Positions 21,542 to 34,477 of a stretch of 64,000 bases of DNA are shown piece after piece. The notes under the pieces were generated by a model that searched no databases, was not told where the DNA came from, and saw nothing but the letters and a program-made list of their open reading frames with translations. Source of the DNA: Chloroflexota bacterium (GTDB lineage: Bacteria; Chloroflexota; UBA11872; VXNJ01). Numbering within the stretch: the stretch's first letter is position 1; every line of letters begins with the position of its first letter. The position numbers were made by a program, and so were the translations under genes. The stretch spans positions 2,329,549-2,393,548 of the forward strand of contig OZ253449.1 of NCBI GenBank assembly GCA_965261345.1. Direction: 5' to 3'.

Positions 21542-21960
21542 TCTGCTTTGGGTTGGCCCTATCGGAACGCCGAGTTGCTACCGAGACAGACGAATCCAGG
21601 GATCGGTGATCGCGGTGGCGGTGATGATTCGCCGGCCCCGAGCCGCATCAGCGTAGCCTGCGGGCCCGATTCGCCCGCGACCAGCCGGGGGCGAAAGCTG
21701 CTTCGAATCGCCGGATTCGTAGGCCCCGGCAGATGCAGCGGCCCCTTTTCTTACGCGGTGCCAGCGGCAGGGTGTCTCTTTCCGAGCGCCCCGTGGCATA
21801 TTCATCAATCAAGAAAATTAACTGCAAGCGGGAATTGACGATTGCGCCGGTTGTAGCAAACTCCGGTTTGTAGCGTACTGGCAACGGCCGCCTTCACACC
21901 GGCGCCGTCACGTGATCGATCTCTGCCTTCAAATAACCAGGCAGGTAAGGAGGCCTCCCA

Positions 21961-22887
21961 ATGCCTGAGCGCAAGGTGCTGCTGACCGGCGCAACCGGAT
22001 ACGTTGCATCCCAACTTCTTCCCGCGTTTCGTGAGAAGTACGACTTGTCATTGGTTGACGTTCGCGGGACCGATCGAGAGGGCCGGGAAGTAGCGGACGT
22101 CGCCATCTCCGATCTCAGCGCCCCAGACCTGGGGACGTACGCCCATCTATTCAAGGGCCAGGACTCGGTGGTTCACTTCGCACACATGCGCCGACGGGGA
22201 ATTCCACTGGACGACTTCTATGATGAGCAATTCAACGTGGCGATGGCTTACAACGTATTTAGATCGGCTTACGACGCAGGGGTGCGTCGGGTGGTGATGG
22301 CCAGTTCCAACCACGCCGCCGATTGGTACGAGCACGCGCTGATTCACGATCGCAAATTGGAGAATCTGGACCCGTACGACTTGCCTCTTTCCGACAACTT
22401 CTACGGATGGGCCAAGGCGACGTACGAGCACATCGGATTTTTATTTGCTTCCGGAGTTTTCGGGAGAAAATTGGAAGTGGTGATGGTTCGAATAGGCGCA
22501 CCGCGGGAGATTCGCCTACAGAATTTCCCTGGCAACCCGAAGGCTTATAGGCGCGATTTGGGCGCTTACCTTAGTCGCAGGGACTTGTCGCAGCTGTTCA
22601 CCAAAGCCGTGGAGACGCCGTCAATCGAAAACGAGCACGGCGTACCCTGGTTGGTGGTCTACGGGATAAGCAATAACACCCGCGCTTTCTGGTCCCTAAC
22701 GAGCGCGCGAAAGTTTCTCGGGTATTCCCCCGAGGACGATTCCGAAGTCAAATACGCTGACGACATTCGTAGTTTTCTAACCGGGCCCGACGGGAATCGA
22801 GAGCCGGGAAGAGTTGGCGGACGGATAGGGTCCGTCGATTTCCCTGATGCCAATTTCATTCCACGCAGGCCACCAGCGGACGGCTGA
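21961..22887 (+). CDS. NAD-dependent epimerase/dehydratase (uronate dehydrogenase-like)
   Basis: TGATGYVA, RVVMASSNHA, YGWAK and YGISNN; AAGGAGG Shine-Dalgarno. Confidence 0.87.
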   Translation: MPERKVLLTGATGYVASQLLPAFREKYDLSLVDVRGTDREGREVADVAISDLSAPDLGTYAHLFKGQDSVVHFAHMRRRGIPLDDFYDEQFNVAMAYNVFRSAYDAGVRRVVMASSNHAADWYEHALIHDRKLENLDPYDLPLSDNFYGWAKATYEHIGFLFASGVFGRKLEVVMVRIGAPREIRLQNFPGNPKAYRRDLGAYLSRRDLSQLFTKAVETPSIENEHGVPWLVVYGISNNTRAFWSLTSARKFLGYSPEDDSEVKYADDIRSFLTGPDGNREPGRVGGRIGSVDFPDANFIPRRPPADG

Positions 22888-23191
22888 CGATTCGCCCCGC
22901 CTTCAGCGCCATCCAGTGGCTCAAAGGGAGCACTCGTCCGAAATTAGCGCCGAGCGCCGGATCGCCCAGCTTTCAAAGAAGCCAACCGGAGTCCTCTGCT
23001 GAAACCGAGTTGAGCGTCATCCCATCGTGAAACCCTTCGCGCCACAGGGCGGTCGCCCCTCCCTCGGCCGTTAAACCGATAGAAAAGCGATGGTTGGGAG
23101 AGCACCTGGCCCGGGCGGCTAAATTCGCGGATTCCTGGCCGGACCCCAATCGCGGAGGTTTGTTGTTGGGCAGCTCAGGGTTTTCGGCGCC

Positions 23192-24079
23192 TTACCCAGG
23201 CACGCTAGTGGTGGGCGGTCTGAAATGATGGTCCTTGCGGGCGGGGTATTGACGGGCGTGGAACTCGTCACTCCACTCGGTCAGCCTGGTCACTGCTTCT
23301 TCGAAAAGTAGCTTCCCTTTCTTTACGGAGGCCAGCTCGGGGGACCCGCACACGCCTGTTTCCGTGTAAGTGCTCGTCCAGCTTGTTACGGCGACAGGCC
23401 CGAAACCGAACAAATCCACCGACTCGAATTTGGATCCCTGGGCGTTGGTCCACGTCTGATGGTTTTTGGCCAGGTCCATTCGCACCATCGATTCGTCAAT
23501 ACCCAGTGCGAGTGAAGTTTCCAACTCGCAGGCGTGAGCGCAGCCACCGGGAAAATGCGACTCCCTCCACGTGGCAGCAAAATCTGGATCCACCGTGACA
23601 AGCGACCACCAACTCGTTAACGACACGACGGCGTCGGTTTCGATCATTACCCGCCGAGCGGCAAGATCCAATGGCGGCACGTTGGAGCCGTGACCATTGA
23701 CCACTATCACCTTCTTGAACCCATGATGGACGACGCTCTTGATAACGTCTACGACATAACGGATGAACGTTTCGTGGTGGACCGTGATGCTGCCCGGGAA
23801 GTCCATCACGTGAGTTGTGTACCCATAGGGGATTGCCGGCATCGCCAGCAGCCTGTCTGGCCTCCGTCGTGCGGCCTCGTCGGCCACTGAGTCGGCCGAC
23901 CAGAGGTCCATCTTTATCGGCAGGTGCGGACCGTGTTGTTCGACCGTTCCCACCGGCAGTATCGGTATCAAACCTTTCTCGACCGCCTCGTTTACCTCCG
24001 GCCAGGTCAAGTTTTCGAATCTGTGCCAATTGCTCACGACTTTTCGCTCCGAGGCTATGGGGTTGTCAGTCGAGCGCAC
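23192..24079 (-). CDS. Creatininase/creatinine amidohydrolase family protein
   Basis: PVGTVEQHGPHLP, NGHGSN and HACELETS. The true start may be ~40 nt downstream. Confidence 0.9.
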   Translation of the reverse strand: MRSTDNPIASERKVVSNWHRFENLTWPEVNEAVEKGLIPILPVGTVEQHGPHLPIKMDLWSADSVADEAARRRPDRLLAMPAIPYGYTTHVMDFPGSITVHHETFIRYVVDVIKSVVHHGFKKVIVVNGHGSNVPPLDLAARRVMIETDAVVSLTSWWSLVTVDPDFAATWRESHFPGGCAHACELETSLALGIDESMVRMDLAKNHQTWTNAQGSKFESVDLFGFGPVAVTSWTSTYTETGVCGSPELASVKKGKLLFEEAVTRLTEWSDEFHARQYPARKDHHFRPPTTSVPG

Positions 24080-24736
24080 GCCGGCTCGATGCTGCCACCC
24101 TCGGAGCGTACTACGCCGCTTATGCGTGGCAACGCCGGATGAAGCGGGCGGCCTTCTTACGCGCTAGGCCACGCGGCTCGGCGACTCTGCACCAAAGACA
24201 ATGCGAAGGTTTTTATGGTTGTTTCCGCGTTGGACTGGGTGAGCGGCGTCGCGGAGGACGGCGAATCGATCGTAGTATTCGCTCGCGGCGAATGGTCGTG
24301 GGAGCTCAGATTTACCTTGGGTGGGTCCGACGTTTACATTTCGAAAATGGTGGCAGAGGCAACATCGCTGGAACAGTACTTCCTAGACGTTTCGGGTGAT
24401 GATCCCGGTCCGTCAATGCCGTCTACGGCGTGTGCCTATTTTGTCTAGCGAATGCCACTCGACATAATTACCAATTGTTTCGATGTTGACTCGCCCGCAA
24501 ATGCCAGGTTCGTCGATCCCGCGGGAGATTTCCACACTACGCTCTCCCGTATTTGCCTAGTCCGCATCGATCGCTGGTATTGCCCCAGAACTGTCCATGT
24601 CATCAGTAAATCCGACGCGCATTTATGCCTGAGAGGAGGCCGGATTTGACGCGCACTCGTGGTTGGTTAGCAGGCGAGTTGGCTGCCTTGGTTCCCTCGA
24701 GTTCAGTGCTGTGGACTGGTCTCCTTCCAATCGCGA

Positions 24737-25831
24737 TCAGTGATCCCGAGTGGGCCGAGACAGAAGCTCTTTAATGTAGACATCTTGCTTCGAATAAGGA
24801 ATCTCGATCTGTTCGCTTGCGAAGCGACGGTAGACCTCCGTGTTAAGGGAATCAGTAACTCGGCCTCGCAGAACTGGTTCTTCGACCCAGGCCAATAGCT
24901 CTAGCTCCAGGCCCGAAGGCCCAAAAGAGCGAAATCGCACGCGCGCCTCGGGATCGTCACACACTTCTTGTTGGCTATTGGCGGCATCGAGGAGTACCTG
25001 CTTGACATGATCGATATCGCTACCGTAGGCGGTCGCAACGCGAATCCGAATCCGTGCTTTTTTGTGGGGCCCGCCGGTCTCGTTGGTCACCTTGATGTTC
25101 CCCATGACGCCGTTGGGAATCGTGACTTCAACGTCATCGCGAGTAAGAACGCGTGTGCTCCGCAATCCGATATGAGTTACCTGTCCCCGTTCTCCCGAAT
25201 CCAGGACGATGTAGTCGCCAAGGCGGTACGGAGCATCAATCAAGATGAGGACTCCGGCGAAAAAATTCGCAACTGTGTCTCTTGCGCCGAAACCGACCGC
25301 AATGCCTATGATTCCCGCCGAGGCCAGCCACGCTGTGATGTCGAGATTCCACAGGAGGAAGAGGATGTAGGCTGCAAATACCACAAGCAGCACATTGTTC
25401 ACATTGCGGAATAGAGGGACAGTGCGCTCGTCGAGGTACCGAAACCGACCCTTTTCGTGACTCAGAACTTCCAGGATCAAATGATTTAGACGAATTGCGA
25501 GCCCTAGACCCACCACCACCGCAATCGTTCCAAAAACTCCGTAGGTAATAGTTCGGAGTAAACCCTCCAAACGCAAGAGGCTTGACGCAACGACAAAACC
25601 ACCCACCAGTACAAAGAGGAAAAGCGGGCGATGCAGAATGCCCACTAGGCGATCGTCGAAATCGCTTTCAGTCTGACGCGCCCAACGTAACAGCAGCCTG
25701 GTAACGACCCAATCAGTGATCCAAGCAATAAATACGCTCAGGATTACAACTGCGGCCGCCTGGATACGAGGATCAACCGCCACCGTTCCGAGTCCCGCAA
25801 ACTTGTCGAACATAGCCTCTAAACCCTGCAT
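24737..25831 (-). CDS. MscS-family mechanosensitive channel
   Basis: GIIGIAVGFGARDTVANFFAG, PYRLGDYI, IGLRSTR, IPN and EIPY. Confidence 0.92.
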   Translation of the reverse strand: MQGLEAMFDKFAGLGTVAVDPRIQAAAVVILSVFIAWITDWVVTRLLLRWARQTESDFDDRLVGILHRPLFLFVLVGGFVVASSLLRLEGLLRTITYGVFGTIAVVVGLGLAIRLNHLILEVLSHEKGRFRYLDERTVPLFRNVNNVLLVVFAAYILFLLWNLDITAWLASAGIIGIAVGFGARDTVANFFAGVLILIDAPYRLGDYIVLDSGERGQVTHIGLRSTRVLTRDDVEVTIPNGVMGNIKVTNETGGPHKKARIRIRVATAYGSDIDHVKQVLLDAANSQQEVCDDPEARVRFRSFGPSGLELELLAWVEEPVLRGRVTDSLNTEVYRRFASEQIEIPYSKQDVYIKELLSRPTRDH

Positions 25832-26401
25832 TCACCGCCTCCCGAATTTTGCGGCAGGCACGAGTAGCACGGACCCGCATCGGGCAAATGCCGCGATGTA
25901 GCCAAGCGCCAAAAGGCTCGATCAGACCGCCTGCTTCTGGACCGATGCGGAAACGACGGATGCTGCTGCCTATCACATCGCCCATCGCGCCGTTGCAATT
26001 GAATTTTGCACGCCAAGTTGCCGCACCGGCACCGTGAAGATCAAAAGTGGTTAGGCTGAAACTGATCTAATCATTTGGCGCACGCATGGCCAGCGTGACC
26101 CGCGCTTTTCGGTCTAATAGTCAAATGGCCGGTTTGGTACGATTCCGCAATTTAATAACGATGGCACACCGCTCTAGGCGCTTCGCCGTTCGGGAGTTTT
26201 GCCGCTCAATGAACGATCAGAATCGGTGTTTACATAATTACCATTATGTCTAACCCTCGTTACCAAAGTCCACTTGACCTCCGCCTTTTTAAATTCCCGT
26301 GCTCCTGGACAACGACCCTCGGCGCACGTTAACTCGGTTAACCAAGGGCGCTCGAAATCAATTCTCAAATTAGAGTATTAGATCGTGACCACTTTGAATT
26401 C

Positions 26402-27040
26402 GTGCCCGCAATGCGATCTCTAAGCGAAAGTGATCACCTCACCTCGAGTTTGGAGGCCGCGACCCAGGGGACCTACGGAACGATCCTGGCCGATCCCCCG
26501 TGGAGGTTCAATAACCGCACAGGGAAAGTCGCTCCTGAATACAAGAGGCTGAATCGCTATTCGTCATTGGCGATTGAGGAAATAAGCGCATTGCCTATAC
26601 AGGATTTCGCGGCCGACGATTCCCATCTGTATTTGTGGGTTCCCAACGCACTGCTTGACGCGGGTCTGGCAGTAATGAGCAAATGGGGCTTCAAATACAA
26701 AACGAACATCGTCTGGCAAAAGGTCGGGAGTGACGGCGAACCGGATCGGCGTGGTGTCGGTTTTTATTTTCGAAACGTTACGGAATTGGTGCTCTTTGGG
26801 GTTCGCGGTTCGAAACGCACTCTGCCTCCGGCAAGGCGCCAAATCAACTTAGTAAAAAGCCGTCGACGAGAACACTCCAGAAAACCCGATGAGCTTTATG
26901 AAATCGCCGAGCAGTGTAGTCCGGGCCCGTATTTGGAATTGTTTGCGCGTCATTGCCGGGAGGGATGGTCGCAATGGGGTGATCAACTCAAAGCTACATC
27001 TGAGTTTTCCGATTCGGCGAGTCGGGTCACGCCGCTGTGA
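26402..27040 (+). CDS. MT-A70 family N6-adenine methyltransferase
   Basis: ILADPPW catalytic motif, HLYLWVPN, WGFKYKTNIVW, FRNVTELVLFG, REHSRKP and YLELFAR. Confidence 0.9.
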   Translation: MPAMRSLSESDHLTSSLEAATQGTYGTILADPPWRFNNRTGKVAPEYKRLNRYSSLAIEEISALPIQDFAADDSHLYLWVPNALLDAGLAVMSKWGFKYKTNIVWQKVGSDGEPDRRGVGFYFRNVTELVLFGVRGSKRTLPPARRQINLVKSRRREHSRKPDELYEIAEQCSPGPYLELFARHCREGWSQWGDQLKATSEFSDSASRVTPL

Positions 27041-27108
27041 CTGTCGGCACTTGGTGAAAGTCGGGTTCGAGGGAAAAGAAAATGCGACCGTGAAGACTCG
27101 AGTGCCGT

Positions 27109-29415
27109 GTGGAAATTGATTCTGCTGCCGACGGCAACAACGGACTCGTTTCGGGAGAAGCCATCGCGGGCGCAATGCGAGGGCGAAAACTCCCATATGT
27201 AGAAAAAACGGTTCCATTCTCTGATCAAGACAGGCACTTATCGGTTGGATGGGTTGTTGTAAGGACCAACAAATCTTCAGTCAGGATACGGAAAGACAAA
27301 AAGCACGACGAACGACTCGAAGATGACGTTTGGGTAACACTAGCGTCGGCAGGATTTGACGAGTTAAATGCGGACCGCCGTTTCTTTATTCCGATTGGTG
27401 ACCCCGGAAGTCGTGTTCCGCCAAAGCAGATAGATGTGATTGCAATAGACAGCGATTCAGTATTGGTTGTCGAGTGCAAATCGTCGGAAAAACCGAAATA
27501 TCGAAGCCTGCAAAAGGATTTGAATGAAACACGAGCTTTGCAGCAGAGTATTCGTGATTGGGTCAATGCCCGGTACGAAGACCGCCGAAGGGTCTGCTTC
27601 CTTTACGTCACGCGAAACATCAGATGGAGCGCTGGAGACCGTGCAAGAGCGGAATCTAACCAAATAGAAATATTGCGCGACTGGCAAATACCCTACTACA
27701 AGCTGCTGGCGGACATTGTTGGTCCCGCCGCCCGTCATCAATTGCAAGCTGATTTGTTTGCTGATTCGCCGATTCAAGGGTTGAAAGCATCCGTTCCCGC
27801 GTTGATGGGCACGTTTGGGGAGACGCGTTTTTATCAATTCGCAATCGAGCCCGAAAAGTTGTTGAAGCTGGCCTATGTTTCACACCGAACAAAAATCGAT
27901 GCGGAGGCAATCGGAACATACCAAAGATTGCTTAAGAAAACACGCCTCAAGCAGATTGCCGCCCACATTGACGAAGCAAGCACCAACAGCATTTTTCCGA
28001 CAAATATCGTAGTGAATTTCAGAAAAACTCGCGGACTTCGCTTTGACAGAGCCGGGCCACGGGGCAATAGCCCAACCGTGTTGGGCACCTTACACCTGCC
28101 AAACGTTTATAAGAGTGCCTGGGTCATTGATGGGCAACACCGGTTATTCGGTTTTGCGCAAAGCCAACGTTCCGACAAAGGAAAAGTACCCGTACTTGCT
28201 TTCGAGGGATTGGATCCGGAAAAAGAAGTCAAGATGTTCGTTGAAATCAACAACAAGCAAGTAAAGGTCCCTCGGAGCTTATTGATTCAGCTCGAGCCAG
28301 AATTGCGTTCAGACGAAGCAGACTTGTCCCAAAAACTGCGAAATCTGCATGTTGAATTGGCATTGGCTTTAGCGAACGATGACGATTCACCGTTGTTCGG
28401 AAGAGTTATCACGTCTGATTGGGACCAAGACGCGACTAGCAAAACCGTTAGTCTTCCGCAGATGGTCACTGGTTTGCGATCCAGCCAATTGGTCGGATCG
28501 GTCCGAAACGATTATGTTGATCCTGGCCCACTTTGGACGGGATTTGAGGCAACTAAACGCCGAGCACTCGCGACCATAACCCTTTATCTGAATTTATTTG
28601 CGACGGGGGCAGAGGATCACTGGGAACGCGGGCGGAACGAAGGCGGGTTCCTTTGTACCAATTTGGGGTTTAACGCCCTATTGAGGCTTTTGAAAGGGAT
28701 ATTGGATTTTCAAAATCACGCCAATCAAGGCATCGATTACCAACAATTCACGCCCGACGAGATCGTCAATTCACTGGCCAAGTACGTGCCACCAATCATC
28801 GATTGGTTCAATCTCAGATTCGACTCGGAAAACTCTAGGTTCCGTGGTCGGTTTGGAAGTGGCGCACCGAAGATTTACGCGTTGGACATGATGGCGTTAA
28901 TTCACAACAAATACGGCGATTTTGACACTGCGGAGTTGCAAGAACACATTCGTGCTGGGGGTGCTGAAAGAGTTGCCGATGCAATTCGGCTGGTAGGCGA
29001 GATTGAAGATTGCATACGGGCTGTGACGTTGTCAGTGCTGAAAGGTGAATTCGGCGGCGATGGAGACCGATGGTGGCGCGAAGGAGTGCCTGGGCCAATT
29101 CGTGTGTCGGCTGCGAGTAGGGCTGAGGTAAGCGCGGACGGTGGCAAACGGGAAGTATTTATCTCGCTAATTGAGTACAAAAAAATTGCTGAACAACCGA
29201 AATTGTGGCGCAAATTTCAGCCACTATGGACGATGGACGCAGATTTGAGATCAAAGGCTGAACGATTGCACTGGATGGACACGTTGAATGGCGTGAGGAA
29301 CAAAGTTGTTCACTCTGGCAGACGACACATCGCCGATGAAGAAATCAGTTTCCTGTGGGACGTTTGGGAGTTTGTGGATCGAGTTTCAACATCGTTGGAG
29401 AATTCGAAATCATGA
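27109..29415 (+). CDS. DGQHR (DndB-like) protein with N-terminal PD-(D/E)XK nuclease-like and C-terminal Swt1-type HEPN-like domains
   Basis: KQIDVIAID...VVECKS; YQRLL...FPTNIVV...WVIDGQHRLFG...FVEINNKQ; WWREGVP...GVRNKVVH (RxxxxH). Start may be ATG 27175. Confidence 0.82.
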   Translation: MEIDSAADGNNGLVSGEAIAGAMRGRKLPYVEKTVPFSDQDRHLSVGWVVVRTNKSSVRIRKDKKHDERLEDDVWVTLASAGFDELNADRRFFIPIGDPGSRVPPKQIDVIAIDSDSVLVVECKSSEKPKYRSLQKDLNETRALQQSIRDWVNARYEDRRRVCFLYVTRNIRWSAGDRARAESNQIEILRDWQIPYYKLLADIVGPAARHQLQADLFADSPIQGLKASVPALMGTFGETRFYQFAIEPEKLLKLAYVSHRTKIDAEAIGTYQRLLKKTRLKQIAAHIDEASTNSIFPTNIVVNFRKTRGLRFDRAGPRGNSPTVLGTLHLPNVYKSAWVIDGQHRLFGFAQSQRSDKGKVPVLAFEGLDPEKEVKMFVEINNKQVKVPRSLLIQLEPELRSDEADLSQKLRNLHVELALALANDDDSPLFGRVITSDWDQDATSKTVSLPQMVTGLRSSQLVGSVRNDYVDPGPLWTGFEATKRRALATITLYLNLFATGAEDHWERGRNEGGFLCTNLGFNALLRLLKGILDFQNHANQGIDYQQFTPDEIVNSLAKYVPPIIDWFNLRFDSENSRFRGRFGSGAPKIYALDMMALIHNKYGDFDTAELQEHIRAGGAERVADAIRLVGEIEDCIRAVTLSVLKGEFGGDGDRWWREGVPGPIRVSAASRAEVSADGGKREVFISLIEYKKIAEQPKLWRKFQPLWTMDADLRSKAERLHWMDTLNGVRNKVVHSGRRHIADEEISFLWDVWEFVDRVSTSLENSKS

Positions 29416-29734
29416 CTATTCGATGTCGAATTGCGCAAGCCGTCGAGACGCCCACTAGTAATTGAGTCGCCAGAAGTACTGTAGTGCAGGAGGCCTCAAA
29501 TACGCCAGATTTTGGCAAAAAAATAAGAAATTAAAGCTGCATTTGGTTTCGCCGTGATACGGTCAGCGATTCCGATTCAGCGCGCCGGTTTGATTGGGGT
29601 TGACGCGGAACGGGAGCCCTAGTTGCGGCCCTTCAACTGATGGCAGGGATTGCCAAGGGGTCCTGAACCGATTCTTTAAATCGCCGGGTCCGAGCCAAAT
29701 TGAATTTTGGGATGAACTTTGATTGACCGACCGC

Positions 29735-30240
29735 CTGCCTATTCAATTCGCATTCTTTTCCTACATGGTGAATCGAATGGCGTTCGAATCATCGAAAAAT
29801 CCAACTGGAGAAGGCAAAGAGTAGCATTCCCACGATCACACGTACGGATCGCGCGCGCGATCCCGATGAGATAGATCGAGCCGGCATTTACGTTCTCTGA
29901 AGTGATTCCGAAGGCGAAGAGGGATTGCCGGTGGCATTTATCGTCCAAGGCGATGGCAAAAAACAACGCTTAGGCACGCATTCAAGATTCAAGGATTCAC
30001 GGAATTGCGGGATTGCGTTATCGAGCCGTGACCAACACTTGAACCCGGCTCGCGTTGGGTACCTTGAATCTTGGCTCCTCGAACTTACACAGGAACTAAA
30101 CAGAGCGAGTTGGACAATTCCAACTTCCCATCTCTCACGTCAATGGGACAAACCGATGCCGCCGAAACGGAGTTGTTTTCGGCAGATGTATTGCTTTGTC
30201 TACTCGCATTTGGGGTGAACTGTTTTGTCCGACCTGAAGA
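29735..30240 (+). pseudogene. GIY-YIG nuclease family remnant
   Basis: Pieces across frames: NGVRIIEKSNW, AGIYVL*, QRLGTH..FKD, VGYLESWL and LDNSNFPSL...LLCL. Confidence 0.65.
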
Positions 30241-30479
30241 TCGGTGTCAATCTCCACCACCATTAGTCCACATCTGTCGCCGCTCAGCGACTTTGTCAGT
30301 CCAACTGTCCAGCAATTGTGTTGATTGTCAAGTCTGAGCGGATGGGTTTGGATGGTGGCTAGTCGAGGGGATTTCATCGACGGCAACTGTCCACACTTTG
30401 CGGCGATCAGTCCACTAACGTATTCGCTCGCAATCTCACCGTGTGCTCTTGAGGTAGTCGCTGCCCGCAACTCTTCGGG

Positions 30480-32176
<1,697 letters not shown>

Positions 32177-33338
32177 CGTCGGTGTGTTCGATCACCTCCG
32201 CCCTGGCGCCGGCGTAGCTGGGGCGCTGCTTTGAGGGCAGGAGCTGAATGCCCTGCCACTTGTACCTGACGGTGTTATCACGGGCGACCCGGCGGGAGTG
32301 TCTAAAGCAGAGCACTCCGTCAAGGTCGATGTCGGGATCTGGGTGGCGGAAGACGTTCTGCGGTTGGGCTGGTGCCACCGCGAACTGCTGGTTGAAGCGC
32401 TCTACGAACCGGGAGAGCAGGTAATTGGCGGCGGCAATGCTCCTTGCCCCATCCAGGCGCAGCTTAAGTCACCAGGCGATCCTGGAAGGTTCCGCAGGCA
32501 CGTTCGACTCTCCCTTTTGCCTGTGGTGAGCTGGCAAATATCAGCCGTATCCCCAGCTGCCCCATCGCCCGCGCGAATTGGGTCGCGCCCTCGGCCTTTG
32601 CCGGTTCGGCAGAGCGCAACGAGGGCACGAATACGCTGTGACGATCACTGTAGAGCGCCAACGGGATGCCGTGATCTCTGATCAGGTCGCTTAGCAACTC
32701 AAAGTAGCCGCAGGCATCCTCATCGGGCCAGAAAGCGCGCCGCCAACACCTTGCCGGTGGCATCATCTATGGCCAGGTGCAGGGTAAACAGGGGAAAGTC
32801 ATCACCCAGCCAGCGGTGATGGCTGCCGTCAATCTGGACCAGCATCCCTTCGGAGGGCATACGCTCCCTTCTTACCCGGTGGCGGGGCGGGCGCCGGCGC
32901 CGCGGGCTTCTGATTCCGGCCGCCGCCAGGATCCGGCGAAGGGTCTGCCGACCGATCTCGATTCCCTCCCTCTCGCAGAGCAGCTGGGCTAGGTGGGTGT
33001 GATTTACATCCTGGTAACGGGTCTGGGCCAGTGCGATCACCCTGGCGGCGACATCCGGTGGAGTTGCGTTCCCCGGCCGGCGGCCGCGGTTGCCGTGACT
33101 TAAGGCTTGCTCGCCGCGGCTGCGGTAAGCGGCCAGCAATCGATAGAACTGGCGGCCGCTGAGGCCGAGCAGGGTCGCCGCCTGCTGGGAATCGATCTGC
33201 CTGGCAAGGAAGCAATCAAGGATTTGCCGGCGTGCTGGCGGGAACTGCTCGACCAATGTCATGGGTCCCTACTGTTGAAGAAAAGACTGACATTTTCCTT
33301 GAGCAGTTAACCACTGACGGAATCGCTGAGCAATAACA
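32177..33338 (-). mobile_element. ISNCY/IS1202-like element, frameshifted and 3'-truncated
   Basis: HGNRGRRP, GMLVQIDGSHHRW, IDDATG, YSDRHS, SPQAKGRVER...QDRL and RRVARDNTV across three frames. Terminus TGTTATTGCTCAGCGA...TCAG with two tandem binding-site-like units. Confidence 0.82.
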
Positions 33339-33535
33339 CATTGACAAGCGAATGGTCTTGAAGGAAAACAGCACTTCAGAGGGCTTGCCTGGAGAATCTT
33401 TCGAGAACTCAACACGATTGCCTAGGTCAAAAATTGGCAATTCGGGATTCTGAATCAAGTCAGTTGTTTCACCCCGGTTGCGCGCGAGAACTACCCACCG
33501 GACCAAGCAATTCAGTTCCTTAAGGACTTTCGTTT

Positions 33536-34477
33536 ATGGCTTCGTTTCCAGACAAATGCCCGCTTTGGGGACCTGAATTCTCTGCACGGGTTTCAGCGCG
33601 TAGTAGACAAGGTCGAATCGATGTTGAATCGCCCCGAACAGGGGGGTGCTTCTGCTCAGACAAGGATGTGTTAAGCAATTTGCATGAGTTGAGCAAACGA
33701 GAAAAAGCAAAACTAACGACTTGGCTCATCGAAAGGAGGAGGCAAGGAGAAGATTGGCCGCGGATTACTCAAGATGTAATCGACGCGGTGGCGCGAACAA
33801 ACCCGTTGCCTGTTTACACCCGGGCTGATCGTTTGCTGCAGCATTTGAGCGAAATTACTACCGAATTTGGAATGCCATTGTCGGCACCGTTTAAACCGTA
33901 CGTGGCCCATGCGATCTCAGAGTCAACTAGTGATCGCGAAGTTGGATTTCTTCGCGATTTTCTCGCCGATCGCGGCTGGATATTGGACAAACCTGGTTGG
34001 TCGGGCATGGATACAGCGCTTAAAGTCGACGGCTTGGCTCGGGTGGAACAATTGACCGTCAACGCAGATTCTCCCCAGGCGTTTGTAGCAATGTGGATAG
34101 ATTCGTCATTGGACAGCGCATATGTCGATGGATTCAAGCCCGCAATTGAGGATTGCGGTTACGTGGCGATGAGGATTGACCAAAAGCCCGATGTCGACAA
34201 ATTAGACGATGAAATCATCGCTGAGATACGGCGTTCGCGATTTGTCGTGGCTGATTTGTCTCAAGACAATAAAGGCGCGCGCGGAAGCGTTTATTTTGAA
34301 GCCGGGTTCGCAATGGGAACGGGTTTACCAGTTATCTTTACTTGTCATAAAGAATGGGACGACGATTTTCATTTTGACATTCGACAGTACGCGCACATTG
34401 TGTGGGACTCGTCGGACAATCTCCGAAAATCGTTAAGTGCCCGAATCTCGGCACGACCGCGATGGGCCCGGTATTGA
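33536..34477 (+). CDS. Protein with C-terminal nucleoside 2-deoxyribosyltransferase (NDT)/TIR-like fold; candidate defence effector
   Basis: QAFVAMW...MRID...IIAEIRRSRFVVADLS...SVYFEAGFAMG..LPVIFTC...FDIRQY; uncharacterised N-terminal half. Confidence 0.7.
   Translation: MASFPDKCPLWGPEFSARVSARSRQGRIDVESPRTGGCFCSDKDVLSNLHELSKREKAKLTTWLIERRRQGEDWPRITQDVIDAVARTNPLPVYTRADRLLQHLSEITTEFGMPLSAPFKPYVAHAISESTSDREVGFLRDFLADRGWILDKPGWSGMDTALKVDGLARVEQLTVNADSPQAFVAMWIDSSLDSAYVDGFKPAIEDCGYVAMRIDQKPDVDKLDDEIIAEIRRSRFVVADLSQDNKGARGSVYFEAGFAMGTGLPVIFTCHKEWDDDFHFDIRQYAHIVWDSSDNLRKSLSARISARPRWARY

Noticed and set aside
24215-24448. Possible ABC ATPase C-terminal scrap (SLEQYFLDV)
   Set aside because: Only one weak motif.
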